From Saprospiraceae bacterium (GTDB lineage Bacteria; Bacteroidota; Bacteroidia; Chitinophagales; Saprospiraceae): a stretch of DNA of 64,000 nucleotides. This document shows, in pieces, positions 1 to 9,700 of this stretch. Position 1 is the first letter of the stretch, and each line of letters opens with the position of its first letter. Below the pieces are notes generated by a model. That model saw only the letters and a program-made list of their open reading frames with translations, made no database searches and was not told the DNA's origin. A program made the translations under genes and the position numbers. The DNA lies in the NCBI GenBank assembly GCA_965230565.1, contig CBDDLH010000016.1, forward strand, positions 1,948,161-2,012,160. Direction: 5' to 3'.

Positions 1-1727
1 ATGATAATTATAAGCCCAGGCGATATGATATCCGTTCCGGCTATTATCCTCTCACGTATAAGGATTATGCAACTCCTATCAGTCAACCTTTGGTAAAACG
101 TTTCATTTTCAGGCATCGGCTTGAGAAGAAGAACCCGGAAGCAGCTTTAAGTGAACCCGTAGAGCCCATCATTTATTACCTGGATCGCGGGGCCCCTGAA
201 CCGATCCGTTCCGCATTGCTGGAAGGAGCTTCCTGGTGGAATGAGGCTTTTGAAGCTGCCGGCTACAAAGATGCTTTCAGAGTAGAAATACTGCCAGAGG
301 GAGCTGATCCAATGGATGTACGATACAATGTCATAAATTGGGTGCACCGGTCTACCAGAGGATGGTCATATGGCAGTTCTGTCTCTGACCCGAGGACGGG
401 TGAGATTATCAAGGGGCATGTTTTGCTGGGATCCCTTAGAGTAAGACAGGACTTCCTGATTGCTCAGGGATTGATTGCTGCATATGAAAACGGAGAAACC
501 CCAGATCCACGACTGGAGGAAATGGCACTGGCGCGATTAAGGCAACTATCCGCCCATGAAGTTGGTCATACCTTAGGTCTGACCCACAACTTTGCCGCCA
601 GTGTCAACGCAAGAGCTTCTGTGATGGATTATCCTCATCCCTATATTACCCTCAACCGTGGCAAGGTCGATTTTTCAAAGGCCTATGATACCGGCATCGG
701 TGAATGGGACAAAAGAATGATCGTTTATGGTTACTCCTCTTTTGCTCCCGGAAAGGATGAAAAACAAGAATTGAAAAAGATCATGGATGAAACTCTCAGT
801 CAGAATATTCCTTTCATTACCGACCATGATGCAAGACCACAGGGAGGAGCGCACCCGGCTGCCCACCTTTGGGACAATGGCAAGAGTGCCACCAGGGAAC
901 TGGAACGAATTACTGCTTTGAGAAATCACGGGATCAAAAATTTCAGTGAGAAGAACATTCCTACCGGGACACCTTACGCTGAATTGGAAAAGGTATTCGC
1001 ACCACTCTACCTCATGCATCGCTATCAGGTTGAAGCCGTTTCGAAAATTATTGGAGGGTATCACTATACCTATACAGTAAGAGGAGATAATCAAAAAGTA
1101 TTGAGGATACCTGAAAGAGACGCACAGGTTGCCGCTGTAGAAGCTTTGACCACCACCCTTTCATCGGATTTTTTGAGAATTCCTGATCGGGTACTCAAGC
1201 TACTTCCCCCTCCTCCCCTGGGATATTCAAGAGACAGGGAGTCTTTTAAAACCTATGGAAGTCCTGCTTTTGATCCATTGGCTACTGCTGAAAGTTCTGC
1301 AGCCAATACGATACGATTTTTGATCAACCCGGAGCGATTGGCACGGCTGATCGTACAGGCGGACATGAATGCTGATAATTTGTCTGTTGATGAATTGCTG
1401 GAAATGGTATTTGAGGCTTGTTCAAAGACAGAAAATGCTTATGAAAGAATGGTTGGTAAGGTTTATTTAAATCGGTTATTGGAGGTTGCTTCCCTGGATG
1501 GAATTTCTCCTGAACTCCTGGGAAGCCTTTATGCCCACATAGCCGAAATTCTCCAATATGCGGAAAAAGGAAAAACATACTCCAATTCAACCGCTGAAGA
1601 AATAGCTCATTTTAATTACCTGGAGCATCAGATCAAGGCTTTCAATCAAAACCCGGAAACCTTCAAACCCGTTGATAGTCCAACAATGCCTGATGGTTCA
1701 CCGATTGGTTGCGGCGGGTTTCATTGA
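1..1727 (+). CDS. Zinc-dependent metalloprotease (HEXXH; Bacteroidetes DUF4953/DUF5117-like), with the 5' end cut by the window edge
   Basis: The ORF track gives 90..1727 with a TTG start codon. The same frame has no stop from nt 3 to the window start (it translates DNYKPRRYDIRSGYYPLTYKDYATPISQPL...), so the gene begins upstream of the window. It carries a HEVGHTLGLTHNF zinc-binding motif and exceeds 545 aa. Confidence 0.7.
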   Translation, partial: DNYKPRRYDIRSGYYPLTYKDYATPISQPLVKRFIFRHRLEKKNPEAALSEPVEPIIYYLDRGAPEPIRSALLEGASWWNEAFEAAGYKDAFRVEILPEGADPMDVRYNVINWVHRSTRGWSYGSSVSDPRTGEIIKGHVLLGSLRVRQDFLIAQGLIAAYENGETPDPRLEEMALARLRQLSAHEVGHTLGLTHNFAASVNARASVMDYPHPYITLNRGKVDFSKAYDTGIGEWDKRMIVYGYSSFAPGKDEKQELKKIMDETLSQNIPFITDHDARPQGGAHPAAHLWDNGKSATRELERITALRNHGIKNFSEKNIPTGTPYAELEKVFAPLYLMHRYQVEAVSKIIGGYHYTYTVRGDNQKVLRIPERDAQVAAVEALTTTLSSDFLRIPDRVLKLLPPPPLGYSRDRESFKTYGSPAFDPLATAESSAANTIRFLINPERLARLIVQADMNADNLSVDELLEMVFEACSKTENAYERMVGKVYLNRLLEVASLDGISPELLGSLYAHIAEILQYAEKGKTYSNSTAEEIAHFNYLEHQIKAFNQNPETFKPVDSPTMPDGSPIGCGGFH

Positions 1728-1759
1728 AATGATTTGAACAAATAAGTCAAAAAGAAAAA

Positions 1760-1791
1760 GGGACCAATGATCACATTGGTCCCTTTTTTTT
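1760..1791 (+). terminator. Rho-independent terminator downstream of the metalloprotease gene
   Basis: A perfect hairpin GGGACCAATG-atca-CATTGGTCCC is followed by T8. Confidence 0.7.
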
Positions 1792-1850
1792 GTTGCTGGT
1801 TGCTGGTTGCTGGTTGCTGGTTGCTGGTTGCTGGTTGCTGGTTGCTGGTA
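1791..1850. repeat. Tandem heptamer array (GTTGCTG/CTGGTTG), about 8 copies
   Basis: A direct read shows ttgctggttgctggttgctgg... for about 60 nt. The same heptamer family recurs at 11435, 33066 and 45541. Confidence 0.9.
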
Positions 1851-2056
1851 ATATATTCTTTGAGTTAGATTCTGAGTATACCTCAATTCACCTTGTCCGG
1901 TAAAACAATTATAAACTCCTTTATAACCAGTAACCTGTAACTAGTTTCATCTGTCTGCCAACTTAATTTACCGTCGAATTGGGTAGTTCCCTGTACACTA
2001 AAACATACAGGTATTGAACAGATCTAAAATTGAATTTTGTTATTTGGTCTGGAAAA

Positions 2057-2326
2057 CTATCGTTTTATCTTATGCTCGGACATGGCATGTGTTTTAGAGC
2101 GTATACTTTCCTTTATAGATTGGATAAGGACTGGTGAAGGCTTGCTTCTGTTAAGACGAGTTTTGATAAAATCACGGAAAGACTTTTCCTGGCTTAGTAG
2201 TTTAAAATATTCGGGATTACTTTTAATTTCTTTTAGCAATTCGCGCTCAGCACTTTCGTTGAGCTCATTGTCGAGATACAAATTGACTTTCTCCACCAAT
2301 GCTTGAAATTTTTTTTGATCTGTCAT
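2057..2326 (-). CDS. Hypothetical small K-rich helical protein immediately downstream of the ECF sigma factor; possible cognate regulator or anti-sigma
   Basis: An 89-aa ORF sits in the position where anti-sigma genes usually follow ECF sigma genes. It has no cysteines, so it is not of the zf-HC2 type. The function is an inference only. Confidence 0.35.
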   Translation of the reverse strand: MTDQKKFQALVEKVNLYLDNELNESAERELLKEIKSNPEYFKLLSQEKSFRDFIKTRLNRSKPSPVLIQSIKESIRSKTHAMSEHKIKR

Positions 2327-2557
2327 GTCGTAAAATTTTAACTACCCGGTGTAAAATGGCCTGTCAAATCGACAAAACAGCAGGTTCCGCCGCCATCAAT
2401 ATGCGTATGGGAGGGGGAATCCATCCATAAATTTTGTACTGTTGAATTGATTTGAAGTTCCATCATTTTAGATAAAAACAGCCCGTTTAAACTCCCGTAA
2501 TGGAAGCCTAAACCGGCTGTAATTCGTTATATGTTACCAGGTAACATGGTTAAAAAA

Positions 2558-3145
2558 TTATTTTCTTTTATCTTGAATACCGACTGATTTACCATAATCC
2601 GTCAGTATTTCTTTCAATGTGTTACGAGCACGGAAAAGCCTTGAACGTACCGTACCGATAGGAATATCCAATAACGCGGCAATTTCCTCGTATTTGAAAT
2701 CCATGATATCAGACAGCAGAAGCACTGTCCGTGCTTCGTCAGTAAGCTGTTCGATTGCTCTGGACACTTCGTCACCCAACATCAAACCGAAAACGTCCTC
2801 ATCAATGGTCACGACATTTGAATATTCGTTTCCTTCATCACTGTTGAGGTTTTTGATCTTTTCAAAGTCTACCTCATTAGGACGCTTTTTCTTTTTCCGG
2901 TAAGTGTTGATGTAAGTATTGTACATGATCTTGAACAACCAGGCCTTAGCATTAGTTCCCTCCTGATAACTATCAATAGAACTGAAAGCCTTGAGCATAG
3001 TATCCTGTACAAGGTCATTGGCATCCTCCTCATTCCTTGTGAATGAGTGCAACGCATAATTTAACAGCGCATCAACGTGAGGCATCATTTCCTCTTCGAA
3101 AATTTTTTCTTTGCGCATACGATAGTTTCGTGTAGTCAGGGTCAT
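2558..3145 (-). CDS. RNA polymerase ECF-type sigma-70 factor (sigma-24 family)
   Basis: The sequence contains region 2 (DLVQDTMLKAF...AWLFKI) and region 4 (EIAALLDIPIGTVRSRLFRARNTLKE) signatures. The true start may be an internal Met (MRKEK or MMPHV). Confidence 0.85.
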   Translation of the reverse strand: MTLTTRNYRMRKEKIFEEEMMPHVDALLNYALHSFTRNEEDANDLVQDTMLKAFSSIDSYQEGTNAKAWLFKIMYNTYINTYRKKKKRPNEVDFEKIKNLNSDEGNEYSNVVTIDEDVFGLMLGDEVSRAIEQLTDEARTVLLLSDIMDFKYEEIAALLDIPIGTVRSRLFRARNTLKEILTDYGKSVGIQDKRK

Positions 3146-3372
3146 AAAGGTATCATTTTTTGGTTAGGAATAATACTTCTGAGCCGCGTAACACCAAGAA
3201 CTCTAATAATTCCTAAAAAGTTCCGGTTCCGGATTTTTTTTATTTTTTTTACAAAGAATGTTAAGTAATAAATTGCAACACAATACACCGATAAATAACT
3301 CAATTATTTGATAATCAATCGATTAGTTTAAGTTAATCCCTTAAAATTTATCCGAAAAAAATCAAGAAAAAA

Positions 3373-4041
3373 ATGAACCAATACATTCTGGAACTTGAAA
3401 ACCTCTTCGCTCAGCATGCCAATCCAAAAATCGCAGAGGAACAATCGGCCTACCTGAAAAATCTTTTTCCTTTCTTTGGGTTAAAAACACCGGTAAGGCG
3501 AGAGGCTCAAAAACCGCTGTTAGCCAAGGCTAATCTCCCTTCTAAAGAGGAAGCTTTTACCATCGCCAAAACCCTTTGGTCCAAACCTGAACGGGAGTAC
3601 CACTACTTTGCCCAGGAACTTTTACAGAAATACAAACGTCAATTTGACATCGGAGATCTCGAACTCTTCGAACACATGGTCATCCATAATTCCTGGTGGG
3701 ATTCAGTGGATATTATTGCTGTAAAACTTATTGGAGAATACTTTAAAAAGTTCCCCGAGGAAATACAGCCCAACATCAATAAATGGCTCAATTCAGGAAA
3801 TATGTGGCTCCAGAGGTGTGCTATCCTGTTCCAGTTACACTACAAAAAAGCCATTGATACTGAAGTGCTTGCCCATGTTATCAACTCCCTCTTAGGATCC
3901 AAAGAGTTCTTCATCAATAAAGCTATCGGATGGATACTGCGGGAATATGGAAAGGTCAACCCGGAATGGGTGCTGGATTTTGTGGAAAGAACGGAGTTAC
4001 ATCCGTTGAGTAAACGGGAGGCTGTTCGGCGATTGGTGTGA
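3373..4041 (+). CDS. DNA alkylation repair enzyme (AlkD-like HEAT-repeat glycosylase family, PF08713-like)
   Basis: The protein is 222 aa with the family-typical motif ...FINKAIGWILREYGK... and matches the length and profile of DNA_alkylation proteins. Confidence 0.7.
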   Translation: MNQYILELENLFAQHANPKIAEEQSAYLKNLFPFFGLKTPVRREAQKPLLAKANLPSKEEAFTIAKTLWSKPEREYHYFAQELLQKYKRQFDIGDLELFEHMVIHNSWWDSVDIIAVKLIGEYFKKFPEEIQPNINKWLNSGNMWLQRCAILFQLHYKKAIDTEVLAHVINSLLGSKEFFINKAIGWILREYGKVNPEWVLDFVERTELHPLSKREAVRRLV

Positions 4042-4097
4042 TTGAATACTGTAGCGGTAGAGGTACTTTATGCTAAAACTTCTACATTTTACATTCT

Positions 4098-4255
4098 GGA
4101 TTTTGCGGTTCTGCGGTTCCGAAACGCTTGCCGGGAATGCAATCAGATTGAAGTTAGGAAGGAATTATTTAAGAATGACGAAACAACGTGTCAGAACCGC
4201 AAAACCTGCCTTACTGCGACAGCAGGCAAGGTATCGAATATCCAATTTCCAACCT
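4098..4255. other. Structured convergent-gene spacer with a long-range 13-bp perfect inverted repeat and a distal hairpin; probably a bidirectional terminator or structured RNA
   Basis: TTTTGCGGTTCTG at 4098-4110 pairs with CAGAACCGCAAAA at 4189-4201. A second stem cagcaggca/tgcctgctg lies at about 4217-4250. The spacer sits between the convergent AlkD-like gene and the 4315 gene. The AACCGCAAA core also recurs in the CGCAAWGG elements. Confidence 0.4.
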
Positions 4256-4314
4256 GCCTGCTGACGCAGGTGTAGAAGTATTTCTTATTGATGCTTATTT
4301 TGCAAAAAGCAAAA

Positions 4315-5217
4315 TTACTTCGTAGCACTCTTCAGAAAATCCTCAATATTTCCCGGTGTGGATACAATTTTCATAAAAGTTCCCATACTTAGATCCGGGA
4401 ATGAAATGGCGATTCGATAGCGGCCGTGAAGCATGTAAACCTTATTATCAACAATAAGCATTTCATAAGGCAAAAAGGCGGTATGCTTTGGTTTTCCAAT
4501 GTCAATAGTCGGCATGAACGCACTTTCCCCTTTCTCGCCCCGGAAACCAACTCCATACAGTTTTAACTTTTTATCCGCCAACTCAACAGAATAGACCTTC
4601 ACGAGATTCTTGACACCTTTTTTGAAATTACCATCAATCTTCGACTTAGCAGCACTATAGCTACTAAAAGAATTCAACTCAACATTGTCACCAAAATAAG
4701 GCATCCCCATCATGTAGTGATACTTTTGCAAAGCTGAAGCCGTCATGCCCTTTTTCGATCCGAACATGGTTCCGTTTTCAGATCCAAGACCTTTTAAAGA
4801 TGATTTCAATCGCTTTGAAAAAGTGGAATAAAGAGAAGCAACCTTGCTGTAATTTTTTTGAAAATAGGCATTACCCCAGTATTCCGGAGTAGTATAGGAA
4901 ACGATAATGTTACTGCCTTCCTTAGTAACTGCAACTCTCATAGTCAAAGCAAATCCAGTAGTACCTCCCACTTTCTTCACAGCACTTTTAAGTTCAGAAC
5001 AGGTGACCACCATCAGCCAACGATTGGCATCACTAGCCGGTTTATACTCCCCGACAACGGTAAAATCATTGTCCTGAAGTGCTTTTTTTACCTTAGATTT
5101 AATACTTGAAACGGTGCCTGTGGTTTTTGCACCTATGGTGTAAGGTTTGTACGTTTGAGCTACCATCACAGATATACTCAACATCATTAGCAAGACTAAT
5201 GTGATTGACTTTTTCAT
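4315..5217 (-). CDS. Hypothetical secreted protein (signal peptide MKKSITLVLLMMLSISVMVAQ)
   Basis: The ORF is 4315..5325 on the track. The start is moved to an internal Met that is followed by a canonical signal peptide. No recognisable catalytic motif is present. Confidence 0.55.
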   Translation of the reverse strand: MKKSITLVLLMMLSISVMVAQTYKPYTIGAKTTGTVSSIKSKVKKALQDNDFTVVGEYKPASDANRWLMVVTCSELKSAVKKVGGTTGFALTMRVAVTKEGSNIIVSYTTPEYWGNAYFQKNYSKVASLYSTFSKRLKSSLKGLGSENGTMFGSKKGMTASALQKYHYMMGMPYFGDNVELNSFSSYSAAKSKIDGNFKKGVKNLVKVYSVELADKKLKLYGVGFRGEKGESAFMPTIDIGKPKHTAFLPYEMLIVDNKVYMLHGRYRIAISFPDLSMGTFMKIVSTPGNIEDFLKSATK

Positions 5218-5361
5218 ACAAGTAATTTTATGTTTAATATGTTTGATTAATCCACCGAAAACAGCAAGAGGGGACAAAAAAAATTTACTCTGATCAGTAC
5301 CAGATCCATGGAAGTGGGTGTGCAATAAAAATGAGCCAATTAAATGATATAACCGTAAGCA

Positions 5362-5664
5362 TCAAATATTACAATGCCGCATACAGTTAAATATCGTAGC
5401 AATTTCCTCCAATGCAACATGGTAGAAAATTTGTTTGCCCTGTCGGTTAGAAGCTACTACTCCTCGTTCTTTCATTTTAGTAAGATGGTGAGATAAAAGG
5501 GACTGCTCAAGATTCAACGTATCTTTTATGGTGCCAACAGACATCTCTCCTTTGGCCAGAAGCAACTCCAAAACTTCAAGTCTTACAGGGTGGGAAATAA
5601 CTTTTAAGACTCTGGCAATTTTAGCCATTTTTTCCGCATCGATCTTATTTCCTACATCACTCAT
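5362..5664 (-). CDS. ArsR/SmtB-family HTH transcriptional regulator
   Basis: The motif ISHPVRLEVLELLLAKGEMSVGTIKDTLNLEQSLLSHHLTKMKERGVV is a typical ArsR wHTH. Confidence 0.85.
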   Translation of the reverse strand: MSDVGNKIDAEKMAKIARVLKVISHPVRLEVLELLLAKGEMSVGTIKDTLNLEQSLLSHHLTKMKERGVVASNRQGKQIFYHVALEEIATIFNCMRHCNI

Positions 5665-5832
5665 AACTCCAATTCATTATGTACAACACTTGAAGATATG
5701 AACAAATGTTCATCCTTAAAAGGAATTAAGCGCGTTTTTGTTGAAAAACTATCTTTATAGTAAGATTTTTATACTTATTAGACCATTAAGCATTTCTTTT
5801 ACCGAAAAATATTTGATGTATAAAAAATGAAT

Positions 5833-6405
5833 TCACAAACGCCCTCTTCCTAGAATTCTCAAGGCTAATTGTTTGTTACACAACCCCCTGCTTTTGTGAC
5901 CAAAATATTCTCTGGCAGAAGAAAACTCCCAATACTCAGGTTGAGTTGTCAGTCCTGCTTCGACAGGATTTTGGTGAACATAATCAAAAACAGCATTCGC
6001 GTAATCACCTGTATAGAATCGAGGATCACCTACGGTAATAAAACCTGGCTCCTCTTCCCATCCATCTTTGGCTTTAGTTTCATTTCTAAAAAGAGATCCG
6101 CTCCAACCTTTTTCTTTATTAATGGCCCGTGTATATGAACGCAACATTATCCCTATAGAATCATTCAGCAGCCTCTTACGCGGCTCCCCTTCGGTTTCGT
6201 AAATATTAATTTCCAGTCGCTGGACAAACAATTGAAAATGAAAATGATTTGGCATCAGGCAATAGGATATCAAATCTCCATAAGGCAAAAGATAAATAGC
6301 TGCTTTTCGCAAGAAAAAATAATAATTCCTTTTGTGAAAAAAGATTTGTCGTTTATTATTTCCTTGATTGTAAATGTGAAAAATCTGATTTTCAGTAAAA
6401 TTCAT
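5833..6405 (-). CDS. IS200/IS605-like Y1 (HUH) transposase; REP-associated tyrosine transposase (RAYT)-like
   Basis: The HUH motif CLMPNHFHFQLFV and a downstream Tyr region (DYVHQNPV) are present. The protein is about 190 aa, as in Transposase_17/RAYT proteins. A REP-type palindrome lies about 70 bp from its start codon. Confidence 0.7.
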   Translation of the reverse strand: MNFTENQIFHIYNQGNNKRQIFFHKRNYYFFLRKAAIYLLPYGDLISYCLMPNHFHFQLFVQRLEINIYETEGEPRKRLLNDSIGIMLRSYTRAINKEKGWSGSLFRNETKAKDGWEEEPGFITVGDPRFYTGDYANAVFDYVHQNPVEAGLTTQPEYWEFSSAREYFGHKSRGLCNKQLALRILGRGRL

Positions 6406-6471
6406 AATTTCATTTGTTTTTTGAGTGAATAAATGGGAGCCAGGTTTTTATGTTGGGTCCGGTGTGGGTCC

Positions 6472-6514
6472 AGTCCAGTGACGGCCTGACTTAGAGTCAG
6501 GCCGTCACTGGACC
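6472..6514. repeat. REP-like perfect palindrome (19-bp arms) followed by T7; a probable cognate REP of the adjacent RAYT that doubles as a terminator
   Basis: The sequence is gtccagtgacggcctgact-tag-agtcaggccgtcactggac followed by ctgcccctttttttg. A second copy with the same 35-bp core lies at 59759..59802. Confidence 0.8.
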
Positions 6515-6718
6515 TGCCCCTTTTTTTGATGCATAGAATGGTCATGCCAAGAAGTTTCTTCTTTAGCAAAATCTTTCTATTCCCAGGTCGAAAGTATCCT
6601 TTCTCCGGATATTAAATAAGCTTACCTATAATATAAAAGCCACGAGATTGGCAAGTGTGACTCTTTTAGGGGTACTTTTTTTCAAAAAATATCTAAAAAG
6701 ATGTTTTTGGTACAAAAA

Positions 6719-9700
6719 TCAGGCCTTATTGGCATTCCTGTTGGCAAAAAAGGCTCCAAGGCCAACGACGAACAGGATCCCCAAAACGTAATAAACAAAT
6801 GTCGGAATGGGTACCGGATCTCCGGTTGCGTAAGAATGCAAACCTGAGAGATAATAGTTCACACCGAAATAAGTCATAATCACAGAACCATAGGCAACGA
6901 GAGAAGCCATGTTAAAGGCATACCTGCCTCTGTAACCTGGAATGAGTCTCATATGTAAAACAAAAGCATACACCAGAATGGTCACCAGTGCCCAGGTCTC
7001 TTTAGCATCCCAGCCCCAGTAACGGCCCCAGGATTCATTGGCCCAGACTCCTCCAAGGAAGGTACCGATACTCAACAAAAAGACTCCCACAGTAAGGGTC
7101 ATTTCGTTGATGTAAGTCAGCTCTTTCATGGTGCGTTTAAGGTTACTGTTGCCTCCTTTGTAATTGAAGATCATGATTATGAGGTTAAGGAAACCCATTA
7201 AGGCACCAAGCGCCAAAAATCCATAACTTGCCACAATCATAGAGACGTGAATACTCAACCAGTAAGATTTCAAAACAGGGACCAAAGGGGTGAGTTCCGG
7301 ATCCATCATTTGCAGTCCGGCAACCGTCAGAACCATAGAGGCCAGAATAGCTGTAGTTGCCAGCGTTAGGGGGGATCTTCTCATGAAAATCACTCCCGCC
7401 AACATACTCGCCCAGGCAATGTACACCAATGATTCATAAGCATTACTCCACGGAGCATGACCGGAGATATACCATCGGATCCCCAATCCAGCCGAATGGG
7501 CCAGGAAGGATAATAAAATAATACCAAACCCAATAGCAATTGGAATTTTCAATTTACGCTCAGGTTTGAAAATTCTCATCAACAATAACACCAGCAAATA
7601 CAAACCGGCAAAAATGTAGATCTTCATCAATCGACCGAAGATATCCGATTTGTTGTACAGAATTTCATAGTTCACTTTCCTGGCAGAAGGTGAAATGTGA
7701 ACGCCGAATTTATGCTGATACAATCGCAGGAGATAAGTAAAATTATTGGCTTCAGCCCAGTCTCCGGTGCTTACAGCTTCGCGGACATATTGAACATAGG
7801 CCGTATAAAATTTTTCTGTAAAAACGTTATTCGTCACCTCTGGCGACGATTGTGCTATATCCAGAGGAGAATCCCAATAGGTGTCTGTTGTGTCTTCCCT
7901 TGGGAATATTTTTAATAAGGCAGAACTGAAAACATAATTGCAAATATTTAACCTTTCATCCACCTTTATGAGTTCCTTTTCATAGGTACCTCGTTGTATA
8001 GGCTTGAGCTGATTGGACCTCTCTAATTCACTAGCTAAAAGATAACGGCCTTGTTCATCAAAGAAATCAATAAAGGAAGCCTGCTCGCCTTCTTTACCTA
8101 TCAACTCTCCGATTTTTGGGTGAGTAAACTTAATGATTGGGACATCCTGCCATACATCAGGAAATACAGCCATGCTGAGCAAGGTCTGCATCGGGTCCTG
8201 ATCATACAATTCTTTTTTGCGGGAAATTTTTCTCAACACCTCACTCGCAAGCGTATGCATAGGCTTGATTCGCCCTTTAAAATCCTGCACCAGAATCCTG
8301 CTTAATGAATCAGCATGAGCTTCATCGATCACTGGTATGCTGTCAAGTGGAAAAGCCGTTGTTTCTTCCTGGGCAGCAGCCGTAATGGGCAACAATCCCG
8401 TCATCAACACAATTCCAATCAAAGCACTAGTCTTACCAGACAACCCTCCGACCTTACGCACCAGCGAAACGAAACGACTGTTTTTAGTAAACAGCGTTAG
8501 AATCATCCCCAAGGCCAATAGGAAGTAGCCCAAGTAAGAAATTAAAGTTCCCCAATAATCATGGTTTACGGATAGTACAGTGCCTTTTTCATCCGGGTCA
8601 TAAGAAGACTGGAAAAAACGGAAACCGCGATAATTGAGCACATTATTCATATAAATTCTATAGTCCTCATTTACACCCTTAGCTCCATCTAGCAAGGTCA
8701 CTTCACTCGCATAGGAAGAAGGACTGTTGGAACCTGGATATCTTTCCAACTGAAAATCGTTCAATTTTAGAGAGAAAGGAAGGTCTCTGTATTTTGATCC
8801 ATAAGCCACAAATACCCTTTGCCCGCAAAGGTCAAACTCTTCCGGCCTGCCTTCTACCGACCTGGCACCAAAAACGGTAACCTCTTTTTCCTCCTCTCCA
8901 CAGGTATATTTTAATTTCAATGCGTCCTGTTGTCCGGAAACAATTTTTGGAGAAGCTGATACAAGTTTCAAACTCGCTTTAGGAGTGAAGTTCTTCATCA
9001 CGAGGTTTATACCACTAAAGGTATACAATGTTCTCACATTAAACGGATGAAAAATATCTGCCTCAAGCGTATCTCCTGCCATGGTGCCCATTTGCATGGA
9101 AGTCACCGATTCGTCGGTACGGAAATAAATGGAATCATTCTCGTATTTAAACTGGATAACATTGGCTTCTTCCAGGGAATCAAATGCCAGAAAATAAGTC
9201 CCCATCAACCGTGTCTCTCCATTTTTAAAAAAAATATCCCTTCGTTGACCATCACCGGCAGAGACCACCAATTCCATGATGAGATCTCCATCAGGATCTT
9301 CTTGTAATTCTTCAACAGCGTTTGGGATAAAATCCGTCAGTTCAACACGAATATCTGATTGAGGAGTTCTATACGTTTTGGCAAATTTATTCTTACCCCA
9401 GCTACAAAACAGCGTTTTATTTTCAAATAACAACCCCTGACTCCCATCAAAAATGCTGGTCTGTAAATAAGATTCATGCGAAAGAATCCTGTTGGAAGCG
9501 CTTCCTTCTCTGATACTCATCACACCTTCATAACCTGAATAGCGGGTAATAAGGGAACCCAGAAAAATGATCAGAATAGAAATATGAAAAAGGAATATGG
9601 GCCATTTGCCTTTACGGTACAACTTGTATTTGAAGATATTAACTATCAGCGCAATCGCAAAGAACAATAACAATACCTCAAACCATTTAGCTGAATAAAC

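Noticed and set aside
2327-2557. 230-bp gap between the ECF sigma and the downstream small gene, with the near-palindrome TTACCAGGTAACATGGTTA
   Set aside because: The symmetry is imperfect and I cannot support a specific regulatory call. It may simply hold the promoter of the small gene.
4042-4275. Two overlapping 64-77-aa plus-strand ORFs after the AlkD-like gene
   Set aside because: The region is dominated by inverted repeats and terminator-like stems between convergent genes. It is more likely structural RNA or DNA than coding.
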